From NCBI RefSeq assembly GCF_036321535.1, contig NC_087437.1:96598001-96662000 (forward strand): DNA of 64,000 bases, read 5' to 3'. A model generated the notes under the pieces. It saw nothing but the letters and a program-made list of their open reading frames with translations, was not told where the DNA came from and ran no database searches. This DNA comes from Camelus dromedarius (lineage: Eukaryota). The first letter of the stretch is position 1; each line of letters begins with the position of its first letter. The translations under genes and the position numbers were made by a program. Shown here in pieces: positions 13,701 through 27,890 of this stretch.

Positions 13701-16700
13701 TCTTCTATAACTTAGGCTCTGACATGTGGGGTTGTCAGGATTTGCCTGGATGAGAAAGTGACTGACCTTTTGCTCATAATTATCAAAACAAGGGGAAGAA
13801 AAGTGACTAGTGAGGCAGCTGCTACTTCGGCTGCTGTCCAACTTCGGAGAAAGTGGAGACGAGAAATCTTTTTAAAATCTCAAAGAGTGCAGAAGACACA
13901 GCCTGCAGGAATACAAAACTTATTGGAAAGTGAGAAACAGCACTAATACTGATGTATACCGATGTCCTCTCTGCTCTGAGGATGTGTCGATTTTTACAGC
14001 TAGGAACTGCTAAGTTATTGAACTGGTCTCGTATCTGTGTTACATACCACAATTACGAATCACTCAAGTGATGGAGAACTCAAAAGCAAAATTTAGGCAG
14101 TAAATCCTATTTTCATTGTAAAGCTTTTCAAACGTTAGTACATGTGGTTGCAAGGTTTCTTAGGATTAATATACCATAGGTGAGTTTTGGTTTGAAGTAT
14201 AATTCCATTACTAGATTTAAAATTCAATTGTTTTAAAATGTGAACAGAGTATATTAATGGAGTAAAATACATGGGAGGAGTTTTTTAATTAAAATATTCA
14301 GAAGATTTTCTTGTCTAATACCAGATTTTCTACATCAGGAAATTATCCATTTGTAACTAAAAGTTTTCTGTGTATAATTTTTTTTGTACAGGGGCAGTGG
14401 GAAGTGGCTTCTCTCCACTCCATACTCTTGAGAATGATTCAATTAACTCCCAGTAACATTTTACATGTAGACTTTTTAAATTGTCCTCTGTGCTCTTTTT
14501 GTCTATTCTCTACTAAATCCTATTTTCGTACAGATTTAGAGATTAGAACTGCTCAGACTGCTCCTGACCATTTTCCCTTTAATAGAGTATAATATTATAC
14601 TAAATTCTTGTATCACAAACACATGTAAATTCAGTTCAGTTGTGAACTCATGGTCCAGTACAGAAACTCTTGTGTTTTTCAACACAGAACCAGACATTTA
14701 TTTTTCTCTTTTCACAGTCAAACTCCCAGTCTTATATTCATGCATGTGTTTTCTCCTCACCAAGCATGGAAGCCACAACTGGCTGAAGACACCACAAGCT
14801 CTGAGATTGTCCCTGTTATCCATGTTCTACCTGCTCACTTACGGCCAGTTTCTGACATAAAATAGAACACAGAGACATTCATTCCAGGTCCTTTCACCTC
14901 TCTCTTTAGTTATACTGTTGACTTAGAACTAAAACAGAACTTTAACCAAGGGGTAAATACTCACACAAAAAAAGTTTCAAAAACTCACTCCACATAGTTA
15001 ATTTAAAAGCTCTTAAACATTCTATTAGTTGTTCTAGTAGTTTATTTCTTTATGTAACGATTAGTCCCTTCTTTTCTGCTAATCATAGTCCATACTGTAT
15101 CTCTAATATGAAGTATGTGTTTTTAATATTGTAGGCTAAATACATAAGAGATTCTGTGACAGATGCACTGATTACTCAAAAAGAACTCCATATGCAATTC
15201 TCTTACCATCTTGAAAGTATCATGGTATCTAAACTATTATGGAGATGGAATTCCTTAAACCAGATTTAAGTAGTTTGGTGAATTAAGAGTGTACAGTAGA
15301 CACCAGGATACACTGTATTATCATTGATACTATGAGTAATTAACTATTTTTCCATTAAATAGAATCACAATGAAAAAACATTATTGTTGTTCAATAGAAT
15401 ATGTGTAATTTACTGCAAAAAGGAAGGAGCAAATTAAAACTAGTAAGAAACTAAAATTTCTTACAGCATTGTTCTGGAGAATTAGTATCTTCAGATAATC
15501 TAAATCTTTATTATAAAAGATAAAAATTATACATTATAAGGGAAAATTTTTGGATGATCAGAAGGAAAGTTTGTGATAGATTCAAACAGGTGTTGGACCC
15601 ATCTTTGCATTCCAGGTTTTCCAAGGTGTGTGGAATATTGTGAATGCTAAACAATTTTCATCAAATTTAATTGCCTTTCCTTGGAAATGCTGCACAGAGA
15701 TCTTCTCTGTCAAGGTCATTGGAGATATAGGGATTGCCCAGTTCTAAGAGAGATGATTATGAATATATTGGGCTGTATTTCATTCATTAAGTTCCCAGCA
15801 TAGACAGACAGGACTGAACAAAATATATTCCTCCTCCACATTTCCTCATTGGACAATTGACTTTTACGGTCAGGCAGCCATTTGGAGAGTTCCTCTCAAG
15901 CACAGACTTGTTTGTGCTCACTGGACTGTACAATTAGAATCTCCTGCATAACAGAAGGAGAATTTCCCTCAAAACTGGTGGGGGTAGAGCCAGAGTTTTA
16001 ACAACTTTTATCATCATTTAGTTTGTTATTTCTTAAGACACAAAAAGTTAAATGCAAATAGAAGTCTAATTAAATTTGTTAAGATATTGTATATACCCTT
16101 TCATTAAGTCTCATTGTGATGGCTTTCTTTTCTTGGGAAATGCTAAGAAATAAGGTACTAGTAAAGTTACTTTAAAGAGCAGTAGACTCTTTAGTGATGG
16201 TACCAAGAATAAAATGAAACTCACAGCACGTTTTTAAAACTGGAAAAAGTCTTATTTTCTTGTCCTTTCTTAGTTATATAAAATATATGAATTAAACAGA
16301 TTAATTTTCCTTAATACAACTAGAATATATTATTCTCCAATGGAACAACAGTTGAGATGTGACAATTTAGTGTAGCCTAATAGAAAATAGCACACTGGTG
16401 TTTAGTGATAAAGCTAGTTTTTAAAAATCTTAAGTCTGACTCAGTCAAGATAAAATTTTAAGCAAAAGAAATACACCTATTATTTTCATGAAGAGAACTC
16501 TGATGTCTGCTTTTTCTTATGCCTCCATAGGTAAAAATAACATTTCACATCTGTGTATAATTCCTCACTCCGTAATACCAAGTCTATGTAGAACACTGAA
16601 ATTAGGAGATATCTGTCTGACACTAACAGCGTACACAAAGTCCCAAACCCAGAATATTTTAAAAAGAGGAAAAGTAGTAAAAAAAAAATCCTTATTACTA

Positions 16701-19219
16701 CTGCTATCTCTGTGCACTGTGCCATATGAAATACCTTTCAGACATCAAGTTAAGAACTTGTTTTAACTATAGAAATAAACATTTAATTGATGTACTATAT
16801 AGAAAGTTTATATGAAAACTCTCAGCAATTATAATAAATCTGCTCTGACAGTATGTTTCTTTCCCTATTTTCCCCACTGATGTTAAAATGGAGTACCAAG
16901 AGTTATCACATGAAGTAAAGAGACGGAGAATCATTCAAAATAAAATCAATCACTTCAAAATTCTTCGTGCAAGTGATCAGAAAGGTCAGAAGAGTATATA
17001 AGTCCAAAGTTTCTGCAACCAACATTTGTATTTTAAGATACTGCTTTATCTCGAAATCTCAATCTGTTTGCAGTCATATAACTAACATACACTCCTCCCA
17101 CTGTAGACTTCAAACACTTTGAGGATCAAGTTAGAACCTTGGCAAAGTACTATGTTGCTATTTGGCTCCCACATAACTTTTCATATTATAAATCTAGAGT
17201 TTAAACTATCATCCCCACCACTTTTGTTTCGTTCCCACATTTTCAAATAAAAATCATGACCCAGGAGTTTTGCATGTTGAAAGCTGCAGGTAGTGTTGTC
17301 AGGAATGTGTAACTGCCCTGCAAGGCTTTTATGACTGACTTCTAAGCTGATGTATGGAACCACTCAATTCCACAGCTGTCAAAGCGCTGATACCAACTGC
17401 AGTTAATGACACAGCATCATCCTCTAGCTCGTTTACCTGCTGCCCTGCAAACAAATGGACACTGGCAGTAAGAGGGGAGTGCAGTGAACAGCAGATACCA
17501 TATTCGTCATAATCACTATGATCCACGGTAGAGGAAAATCAATTTCTCTTAATCGAGTAGAGTGACTTATTAAGGGTTATGAGTCCTGCCTGGATAGCTG
17601 TACTGATTTGATTATGTTCAGAGGGAAATTAGCAGTGGCCTCCTACACAGTCTTTTCCTTTGTCTTCTGGCTCAGAGTTTGTTATTAAATTATTATCTTA
17701 TGAAAGCCTTAGTGAGCAGGTCATGCTTTGATCAAGAAGAGACTGAGAAACTGGGTGCTGAAAAGGTTTGAGAGTGTTGACAGGTAGAGATGTGAACATT
17801 CATAAATATCCTCACTGCAGAGCGATTGGTTTATAATTGAAAGGGCGTATATATAGCATATGCCTGTGCCAACATGGAGACCTAGAAAGAACCATCATAA
17901 GTTAACCTTTGTCCTTCAGTTTTCCCTTCCTGTTTTTAATACCATAGTCTCAGATACCTGGAAAGCAAAGTATCATGTTATGTTGTCTGAGAGGAATAGA
18001 TCAGTAGGTTAAAAGTCAGGTACATGTTTTTAATCTTTAAAGAATGCTTTGATCAGAATCAGTTGTAGAAAAATAAAAAGTTAAATATGTGATCATTTTT
18101 TTTAACTCTTCAGGTTTTTAAAAGGTCACAAATCATGTACAAAAGGTGGAAAAGATTATGTGGAAATAACTTTAAAATATTTTCTCAGAAGAACCACTTT
18201 TCCTCACCTTCCTATGTCTCTAATGCAATTTTGGAGAAAGAAAATACAATAAACCAGTTGTTTTCACTTGTTTTTCTGAACAGTTTTGGTTGTAATTTTA
18301 TAAATTTAAGGGCACCATCAGACTTATGTCCCTCTGAATAAAATATATAAGAAAATTATGATATGTTTTGTCTCTTCCAACACATATAACAGCCAAATAT
18401 GGCAGACTAGTAAAAATTACTATCCTATGTAAATAATTCTATTTTAGAAACTGTCCTAATGTACAACCGAATATGTACAATTTTTCTTAATAATAGTATT
18501 TAAAATACCAAATAAAATTACTGGGTGAATTTTTGTTAGGAGTAAGCATAGAAACTAAAGGAATCTCAAGACAGAATACCTTTTAGTTGAGCAGAGCACA
18601 AAATTGCATTTTCTTTGCTTTTGCAAAACACGCAATCCATTAGATGTACATGATTCCCATACATCTGTGTTTTACACATATTAGATTTCAAATATTGAAT
18701 AAATGCAGTGCCAAGATTTCTTTTGAAGATTTCAAAGTTCTTAATAGAGTTGTTATCTGATGTCCCTGTGAGTGAAATCTAATCGTTAGCACCATGATTT
18801 TAACCAAGGAATGATGAAATTCTTAGAAGTAGGACAGTCTGGGTTCCATAATCTTTTGTTACCTTGAAAATCACAAATGTATTCTCAGTTCTTTCTCTCC
18901 AGTGGCCTCATCACTGTCCTTTCAAAAATTACCTAACACATAATGGAAAATTTTTATTCTATAATCTGCCTTCACCTTTCAACTCTAATTTAAATGGCCT
19001 TTGGTCTCAATGACCCAGAAAAATCTGAAATTGCACTTATAAACCTTATTTGCCACACAATATCCCAATTATGCATTTTACCATATAACTAAATAATTAC
19101 AGAAGTATATTGCAAATTAAAGGAAGTGGAAAGTTAAAAGTTATATGCTTCCAAACTTGGTTATTTCAGATGTCATATTCTAGAAAGAATGAGTAGATAT
19201 CTCCTATCCATTCATCTCT

Positions 19220-19305
19220 CTCTTAGTATATATTCATTTTTGTGACCCTGCAACCTAGCACACAGTCTAACATACAGATGTTTAAAAGATATTTGCTGAA
19301 TTAAA
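19220..19305 (+). mobile_element. L2 3' terminal fragment
   Basis: CCTAGCACACAGTCTAACATACAG...ATATTTGCTGAAT. Confidence 0.55.
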
Positions 19306-20655
19306 CTGATACTAGAAATGTATCAACTATACTAGAAACATGTCAAACATGTTTATATGAATTACTTTCTGTTTTGGAATTTTCATTTCTGTTAGTGGTC
19401 CTCATTTTCCAGCACTTTCAATTATTGAAGATATTTTCATACTGTAAAGAATAAAGATAATTGTACTTAAAAAGTCAGTGGTCAAGAGATTTAGTGACCA
19501 GATGAAAACTTTCATTAGCTTATTAATAATAATTAACATGTTCAAAATCTGCAGACATATAGTTCATTTATTTCATCTAACACTGATAAAGGCATTTTTG
19601 GCTGACCAAGCAGTGATCAAGAGTAACTTTTCATAAGGACTTTCCCAAGATGTAAACAATCTTATTTGTGAATATAATGATAAAAGTCAAAGTAGCCCTT
19701 TTCGAGAGTTGAAATTACTACAGCTAGTTTGGTGATAAATTTGAATCTGATAAAATTGACACATTACACCGAAAGGACCATATTAATCAGAGGAAGTTGA
19801 AGAAACATTTGCTACTGAGTCTTATGTAGGATCATTTTATTGCTTATCAGTCAATAATCACCAAACGCATTCAAGTACTCTGTCTCCTGGCTCAGAGAAA
19901 TTAAAACCACAATAAATCTTCTGACATAAGGTATTACAGTATTATTAAACACCATCATTCAACACTAAGACATTGGATAAAAATCACAACCCTGTAATAA
20001 ATCATATGTATTTTGGAGGTAAAGATTAAAATATACTTATCTTTATATTCATAATTTTATGAGTCAGTCATGGGAATATATTAGCTTCTTTTCTAAAGGA
20101 AAATATGTATTCAATTTAATCCATTTTAAATACATTTTAAATGCCTGATTTCAAAGAGATTCACCTAATAATTTAATAATACGATTTCCCATTCATTAAT
20201 AACCAAATTTTAGGATATTATTCTTTTCTAACACAGCCATGTACAAAAAATACAAAAAAACCTGTTACCAGAAAGTATCAGTAACTATTTTCTAATCAGT
20301 TTTATAATTCCTTTACTTAATGGTCAAATCTGATAAGGAGCTAAAGATTTGTGCCTAGATTTCCAAGTCTCACAGGTAAATTATAATAAAGAGTATGGAA
20401 AATACACTATATATTTCTTTAAGTTATAGGTACCATAGGTTAAAAAATTAAAGAATATCATAGTTTTTTTAAAAATTAAAGAAATATATAGTTCTGCCCC
20501 ATTGAGCTTACAGCTTATAATTTACTTTTCATATTTACAGATCCCAAAGACTGTATATTTGCCCTTATATTACTGAGGTTTTAACAGTTCCTGAAGTGTC
20601 AGACTTTAAATCTCTTGACACTTGACATTTTTTTTAAATCACTCTTTGGCCACTA

Positions 20656-20870
20656 ATGCAGTTGTCTTAAACTTACATGCCAACTGGGTCTAGCAAAGTA
20701 ATCTATATGAGTAAATCTTTCAAGGTGTTGGTAAATCTGGTTGATAGGGTATATGAGGCTCTGGAGAGAACAAGACTCATCTAAAAGGATAAATGCAATT
20801 AGAAAACAATAGTAAAACACTAGGAGGGCTGAGTCTGTCTATATTTAGCCTTTCAGCCGCCTGTGATAAC
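20656..20870. mobile_element. Possible degraded hAT DNA transposon (MER102-like)
   Basis: CAGTTGTCTTAAACTTACATGCC start and CTGGAGAGAACAAGACTCATCTAAAAGG internal motif; weak similarity. Confidence 0.4.
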
Positions 20871-21399
20871 ATAAGAAAAATAAGGTATACTATTCAGATA
20901 CTTCCAGCCTATCTCTGGGGGAAAGATGTTGGAGTTAGGTAATAGGGATATCTTTCATCCGAAGACTCAGTGTAGATCTAAGGTTCCACCAAGCCAACAG
21001 ATTTGGGAAGGTAGAAATGACAACCATGTAAAGAATACACTGAGTTTATACATCTCAGTCCCTTTAATGTTATCTTCTCTTTTTCGCTAGCAGTATCTAA
21101 AACTTCACCAATAAAACATATCAACAGGGAAACAAGTAAGAGACTCCAGGACTCTTAAAAAAAAAAAAACTACTTCTGTACCTAGTTAACATAAGAAATT
21201 TACAAATAAGCAATGTTATGTTAATATTGTCAATATAGCAGGGTAGTAAAAGAATGATGGGACTTCATCTGTTTTGATTTTGAAATAATCACTAGGAAAT
21301 CATGGAGGTTACTTTGATAGGTTTTCTACATAAAAATGGAAAGCTTTTATGTATGTACACATTCGGGAACATGAAAGGAAGACAATGTACTTCATATAC

Positions 21400-22100
21400 A
21401 ACAAGCTCTCAAGTATCGGTAAAAGGCATTCTGGTAAGAAAAACATTTAAAGAACACGAATAGGAATTCACAAAAGGAGAAAAAAATAAGCTAACCCTCA
21501 CATAACAAAAGCTTTACCTTCAATAGGAATAAAATGTAAAATTATGAGAGAATAATTTTATTTACCATATTGGCAAAGGAAAATGTCATAAAGAAAGAGT
21601 ATGAGTAAATCTGGACTCTCAGGTATAATTGATGGGGGTTTAAATCAAAACAGCTTTACAAAAGAACTTACAAGACTCTTAAAAATATCAATAATCATTG
21701 ACTCAGCTATTCTATGTAACTGAACTTATTTGAAAGAAATGATCAGGAATGTGCGCAAGAATTTTCATCATAGCATCATCTTCATAGTTTATATATTCAT
21801 ATGTAATCCTGAAAAACTGGAAATGACTTAAATAGCCTATGATAAAGAGTAAGAAAATTAGCAGACAACACAGGATGAAAAGTGCACCACTAAACACCAT
21901 GGTGAAGATGAATACGATATGAGAAAATATTTATGAAATATAAATAAGCAAGAAGATGCAGGCTACAATGATAAACTGGAAAAGAATGCAAAACACAGAT
22001 TCACATAAAAACATACAAAAATATAGTCATCCACAAATCATTAACAGCAGACTTCTTAATGATTTTATTTTTGTATATTTACATTCATTTATCTTTCAAG
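21400..22100 (+). mobile_element. Ancient L1 (L1ME/L1MC-like) 3' region
   Basis: A-rich, with motifs such as CAAGAATTTTCATCATAGCATCAT and GAAAAACTGGAAATGACTTAAAT. Confidence 0.55.
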
Positions 22101-22114
22101 TTTCTGCACTGAAG

Positions 22115-22247
22115 ATGTAAGCACTGAGAAAAGAAGCTCCATGGGGCCATTACTTTTTTCTAATTTATTCACTGATATAACCTAATACCTTGAACTGAAC
22201 CTGACACACAGTAGGCATATTATAATCATTTGCTTAAATTAATGAAA
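22115..22247 (+). mobile_element. L2 3' end
   Basis: AAGCTCCATGGGG...TTATTCACTGATATA...CCTGACACACAGTAGGCA...ATTTGCTTAAATTAATGAA. Confidence 0.65.
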
Positions 22248-22349
22248 AGTATGTATATTTTTGAAACATTTCCAATCTTTGAGTCATAAATAAACTTGTA
22301 TAACATAAAATTATATATACAAGTATCATAACAACTTTGTAATGTTAGA

Positions 22350-22485
22350 ATCCTGATCCAAATTTATAAGTGAAGAAAACTCAGACTCAAAAATTAACTA
22401 ACTTTCCTGAGGTCACACAGCTAACAGGTAATTTATGGGAAGTGATCTATAGCTAGGACTGGAAGAAAGGACCTTTGTTCCCACT
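22350..22485 (-). mobile_element. MIR SINE fragment
   Basis: GAAGAAAACTCAGACTC...TTTCCTGAGGTCACACAGCTA. Confidence 0.65.
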
Positions 22486-22588
22486 TCAACCTTGGCCTCT
22501 CACCTTAATGATACAACATCAACTGAAAGGTGTTCTGCTTGTTAGGATCTTACTATAATGTATTTTTTTAATTCACTTGCTTGCTTGT

Positions 22589-22728
22589 GGGGGAAGTGTA
22601 GCTCAAGAGGTAGAGTACATGCTTAGCATCACGTACGAGGTCCTGGGTTCAATCCCCAGTACCTCCTCTAAAAATAAATAAATAAATAGACCTAATTATC
22701 TCCCCTCACAAAAAATAAATAAATAAAT
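22589..22728 (+). mobile_element. tRNA-Ala(AGC)-derived SINE, camelid vic-1-like
   Basis: A box TAGCTCAAGAGG (22599-22610), B box GGTTCAATCCC (22646-22656), CTTAGCAT anticodon-loop remnant, (AAAT)n/CCTAATTATCTCCCC tail. TSD TAATTCACT[T/G]GCTTG at 22569-22583 and 22728-22742. Confidence 0.88.
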
Positions 22729-25689
22729 AATTCACTGGCTTGGACAAGTCAAAACTTTAGCCTTAACTGATGACACAACCCAAGAAGAAGCACAATCCTA
22801 AACCTCCTCTTAATTCATTACTTAGGACAGATAAAATGTCAACCTTAAGTGGGGTCACTATATTAGAAAGAACACCATGGTAATTTCTAAGCAATTAAGA
22901 GATATCCAATGCATACTTAACTTATGTACACAGTGAAAATCTTCTTTTCCTAAATGCACTTCTTGGAAAATTAGGGCCAACCTTACATCAAGTTTGCAAT
23001 AGTCCTCTTGTAAAGAGTATCTCTGTCAATATAAGAGAATTTTAGAATTCACGGTGAAACTTAAGCTGTAATGAAAAGCATGGCAGTGATTTTAAAGAGC
23101 CCAAGAAAAAGTTCAGGATGCAGAAGAATAACCAAAAGTGCAAATGAGAAAGCAAGGACAACTGTGCATAAGATTGAACCAGAAATGAGAAGTGATAAAA
23201 TGAAATGTGTTTAATGTGTGAGATGCTGCAAACGATTACTGCACTCGAAACAAAACAGGATTTCTATGAGGATACTTCTGAATCTGAGAAATTCTAGAGA
23301 AATATGAAGATACTGTTGTAGGAAGACTGTGGGAGGACAGATATTTCCTTAGGTTAAAATGTCTACATTATTATTAGTTAATCAAGAAAAGTAAGTTTCA
23401 AAATCAAATATACAGAAAATATATCCCTCAAAGATTTCAACATCTTTCACAAGGAGAAAAATATTATTGTTCATTCATATTCCTTCTTTCTCTCAACCAC
23501 ATAACTTTAAAATGTTGATCGAATTCCCCTGAGTACTTGTGCTGAAAGCCTGACATTAAACTCCTAGGGAACATACAAATGCTGAATAATTTATCACGAA
23601 TTGGTGATTGTGGACAGAAATATCTAAAATAAACTGATACAGATTTAATGATCAGGAAGAAAACAACTAAAAATACGAACTGGATATACAAAACCACAAA
23701 GGATAGTGCTTTTAATCCAGAGTTTGGTCCTGCATTTCTCTTACATAAATTGGAATCTGTAAATCTGATTTGTGAATTTTAAGTAGGCCAATTACAAATC
23801 AAACAGATGATTACTTCATTGCTTCTATAATAACACCACTAGGTAACCAATTCAAACTTATATTTAATGGTCGTATATTTTCTTTTAAATCATCTTCTGA
23901 ATACATTTTGGAAATGGACTGTGACAATGGTTTAAAGCTTTATTCCTCTCTTCAGCTACAAGTCATCACAATTCTGACTGTAATGAGGTTACTCTGCATC
24001 TGTCTGTCACAAATAACCTAGTAACAACTAAATGGATTGCCATCAATCTTTCAATTAGAATGTATAACTTTATTAGCACAATATTTTTTGAACTGATTGT
24101 ATTACTTTGAAAAAGGGCTTTCATTTACTTTGTCATTTAGGGTCAAATGTGTGCAATCGCTGGGAGCTGAATAAATAATAATAACCGGTTTTGAATTTGT
24201 GGGCTGTAGCCTTTGCTAACATGTTTTCCTTTAATTACCTAAGCCATAGCAACTAGTAGTACTTCATAAATAGAAATGAACTAAACGTAAGCACATTTTT
24301 ATGACAATTCTGTACATGTTATTATTCTATGATGTCAATTCCTAACAATTGCTCTCTGGAAAATCAGCTGTTAATCAAGTTTACACATCAGGAAAATTTC
24401 ATTAAAATTATACACTAACTGGTAAATTTTTTAAAGGTTATGATCACAGTGAGAGAAACTTTCTACATTCAAAACATTTTTTTCATATTTCCTTGTAATA
24501 AAAAGCTTAGATTTCATTACATCACACCTTTAATCAAGCATACTGACACAAGTACCCATGAGGGATTTGGACAGTATCTGTTTTCTTTTACTTCTCAATC
24601 TTTTCTTTGTAAAGAAGAGAGAGTACTGAATGCCTATCAGGAAAGCAAGTGATAGCGACGTAGAGCCCCAAATTAAGCAGAATTAATATTTAATCTGTTA
24701 AAACAATAGCACAACATCTGAACAAAATGCTTAATAATTATTGAAACCAACACCAATAGTCTATCCAATCCCTGGAATGGTTGCCAGTTGTAGTGATTTA
24801 CACTTCAAAGGAAAATCTATTCCTTCAACAAAACCACCTGCATCTACCTAAACAGCACTCTGAGAGGTAGAAATCCAGAAACACTCATGTGACCGTGATT
24901 GTGACATTGGGCAGACAGTCCACAGCTGTTATAGTTAATATGGTTTTTCCACTAAGTGTGGATATCTGTCCTACACTTTATCATAGACCCAGGTTTCATA
25001 GCAAATAAAGGTTGCGTCTAAACACTACCTGGAAAATGAGCAAAAGCAGGGACCTGTCATTATTTAAACTAAGTATTTGAAAAAGTGCCTGGACTCTCTC
25101 CTTTCAACCATGACATTCTTTTATCATGAAGATAAAATATTACATTTGAGTTTAATATTTATAATAATTAAAAGACCAGTATACTGTATGGCAGAAAGAG
25201 ACATAGAAAGAAGAAAAGAAGGAAAAAGAAAGAGAGAGAAGCTAAAGATAGAAAATAAGAAGAGAGAAAAGACAAAGGGAGGGGGAAAAGATACATCCTT
25301 GAAAGCTGTAAATAATTATAATGGACAAATCAATTTGCTACTTTTAATTGGAACTAAAAGTGGCTGCTTAAATAAGATGTACACTGGGGTGTATACTTAT
25401 TTTATGACTAATGTACGGCACAAAAATAAAGGTAACTGCGCTATTACTAGAAAACTCAGTATTTATTTTACCAGAAAACATCTTCAATTTCTGCTCTTTG
25501 ATTTTATTTTGCCAAATAACTCCTACCCACAATTTCACTAAATGTTACAGTATATAAACAATGATTTCATTGTGTCATGTCCATTTTCAAAGGTTCCTGA
25601 ACATACTCATTTTGTCTCCTGGATACTCCAAAAAAACCTCTGCCTAGAATTTGTGGTTCCTGTTGACTTGGCTCCACCTGACCTAGGTC

Positions 25690-26056
25690 CCTCTTAAATC
25701 AATATTATAAACTCCACTCCTGCCAGGCTTGCCTTCTTACAGCCCTTCAGAAAACGCTGTTCTATCCTGGCTTCAAGTTTCTGCCTTCCCAATGTTCTTC
25801 CCTTCTGATATGCCCCATTTTCCTCTCTTCCAATTTGTCAAATATTGCTGAGTTCAAAAAAACATCTCCCCAACAAGGAAGACTTTGACTTCCCTATCCT
25901 ACAGCCCATGTTCAGCACGGGATTCCCTAGTATCCCATGAAAATGGTTTTTAAGCATTTGAACTCTGATAATTCAAGAAAAGAAGGCATTAACAACCTCT
26001 GCTTTTATCTGACCTGGACTCTGGATTTTGTTTTAAGAAAGTTATTTTTTCAAATG

Positions 26057-26094
<38 letters not shown>

Positions 26095-26280
26095 CATGTC
26101 TTTATTACTTTTCTTCCCCCATCTACAACTGTCAACACTTTCACATGTGTATGTCTTAATTTCTTCCAACTAGTATATGAGCAGTCAAAAAGCAAAGATC
26201 ACACCTCCAAACACACTGAAACAGGCTAAATTCATAATAAATTCTAGTAAGTATTTCACTGATTAAATAAATAAATGAAC
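25690..26280 (+). mobile_element. Degraded L2 fragments
   Basis: Pyrimidine-rich L2-like sequence ending in an AGTAAGTATTTCACTGATTAAATAAATAAATGAA-type tail. Confidence 0.45.
26061..26090. repeat. (AC)15 microsatellite
   Basis: Read directly from the sequence. Confidence 0.95.
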
Positions 26281-27690
26281 AAAATACTTGCATAGCTTTC
26301 AAATAATCAACTTCAATCATTTTCTAAATTGTCTAAGTTCTTTTCACAGGTCTTTGTAAAATCAACAGTCTAACAAATTTTCTTGAATTATGCAGCAAGA
26401 GAAGCGAAACCCTTGATTCAGTGGAAAAGCCACAGCAGAGAAAATCTGCCTGGGGGATATTTAACATCTTGGCTCCGTACATTGTTTATCATCTTCCTTA
26501 CCGAAACTGTGTAATAGAATGTAGAACTAAGAATCAATTCATAGCATTACTTTAAATTTCTACCTTTATTTTTCTCAACACTATTGCTTCATGCATGTTC
26601 ATGAAAATCAACCAGTTAACTTAAACGTGAAAGTATTAAATTGTACAGATAGGGCTAATATCTTTATCAGCAAACTGCTTTTCAGAGTTCAGATTCTGAA
26701 CAAGCCTTTGTTTTTATTGTGGATTCCTCTCCATTCTTCTCCTTTAATAACAAACTAATATAGTTTTGATCAAACCATCCTTTGCAGCTTGAGAAAAAAC
26801 CCTCACCAGCTGTTCCCAGACTTACTATGGAAGACTTCCTATGTCGGAAGCAGTGAAATTGCACATTGGCTCAAAGGCCATTAGGCACGAGCTAGGAAAA
26901 AAAGGGAGGGCATTCACTTTTAATTTTGAATCTATCAGACATGGCTTGTCGACATTGTGTCATTGGCCTGTCAGAATGAAAGAACACAAGACAAAACTGT
27001 TTTAATACTTCACTGCTTGCAGTATTTCCACAACACCACATGTGGAACAGATCTGAGACGGAAGCTTTGAGGAGGCTTCATAGGTTCATGTTTTATGTTG
27101 TCATCACCGTAAAAAAGACATTTGACTGGACTTCAGCCTCTTGAATGGCCATTCTGTATTAGTTTAGCACTGGTGTGGCAATAATCTGAGTTGAAATCAG
27201 CTAACTTTTTGGATTTCTACATATTCTTTGACTATGAAAGTTAATGAAGAATTTACATGTTAACAATTTTAGTCCAACCAAAATGAGAGCGGCAGTGCTT
27301 ACTAATTCATACATCTATATGGACCACAACCAAATTTACATCTGCAGTTTTAGGTAGCAAGTGGCACTAGTCTGAACTTTAAAATCAAACAAAAAGTGTC
27401 TGTGTTTGTGACTACAAAGCAAATAGTCCACATTTGTATTGTTGGGGAGCAGATTAGTATTGAATAATTTTTTGATCTCTATTCCCACATATAAACACAC
27501 ACAACCACACACACACAAACTCCAGTGTTGTCAACAGTTAATCACTGTCATCTACAGAGAATGAGAGCTGCACCTCAATAAACCAAAAATCTGAACTTTT
27601 ACAAAAACCAGAGTTGCTTGTTGCACTTCATACTCAAAAAGAGATCAATCCTAAGAAGTCTCTCTCAGATCAAATACTCCAGATATTTTT

Positions 27691-27750
27691 ACACAATTTT
27701 TTTTTATTTTGAAGGTTTTTTTGCAGGGGGAGGAAAGGAAATTAGGCACT

Positions 27751-27781
<31 letters not shown>

Positions 27782-27890
27782 TTCATTCATTCATTCATTC
27801 ATTCATTCATTCATTCATTTTTAATGAGGGATTGAGCCCAGGACCTTGTGCATGCTAAGCAAACACTTTGCCACTGAGCTATACTCTCCT
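27691..27890 (-). mobile_element. tRNA-Ala-derived SINE, camelid vic-1-like, with expanded (TTTA)n(TTCA)n tail
   Basis: Minus strand reads GAGTATAGCTCAGTGGCAAAGTGTTTGCTTAGCATGCACAAGGTCCTGGGCTCAATCCC. Degenerate TSD CTC[C/T]AGATATT[T/G]TT at 27677-27690 and 27891-27904. Confidence 0.85.

Noticed and set aside
14520..14950. Possible L3/CR1 remnant
   Set aside because: Similarity too faint to support without a profile search.
22589..22666. Functional tRNA-Ala gene
   Set aside because: Disrupted acceptor stem, an insertion after the anticodon loop, an A-rich tail and a TSD indicate a SINE.
25077..25541. 154-aa ORF
   Set aside because: Starts at TTG and crosses an A/G low-complexity tract giving K/R/E runs; no domain or splice support.
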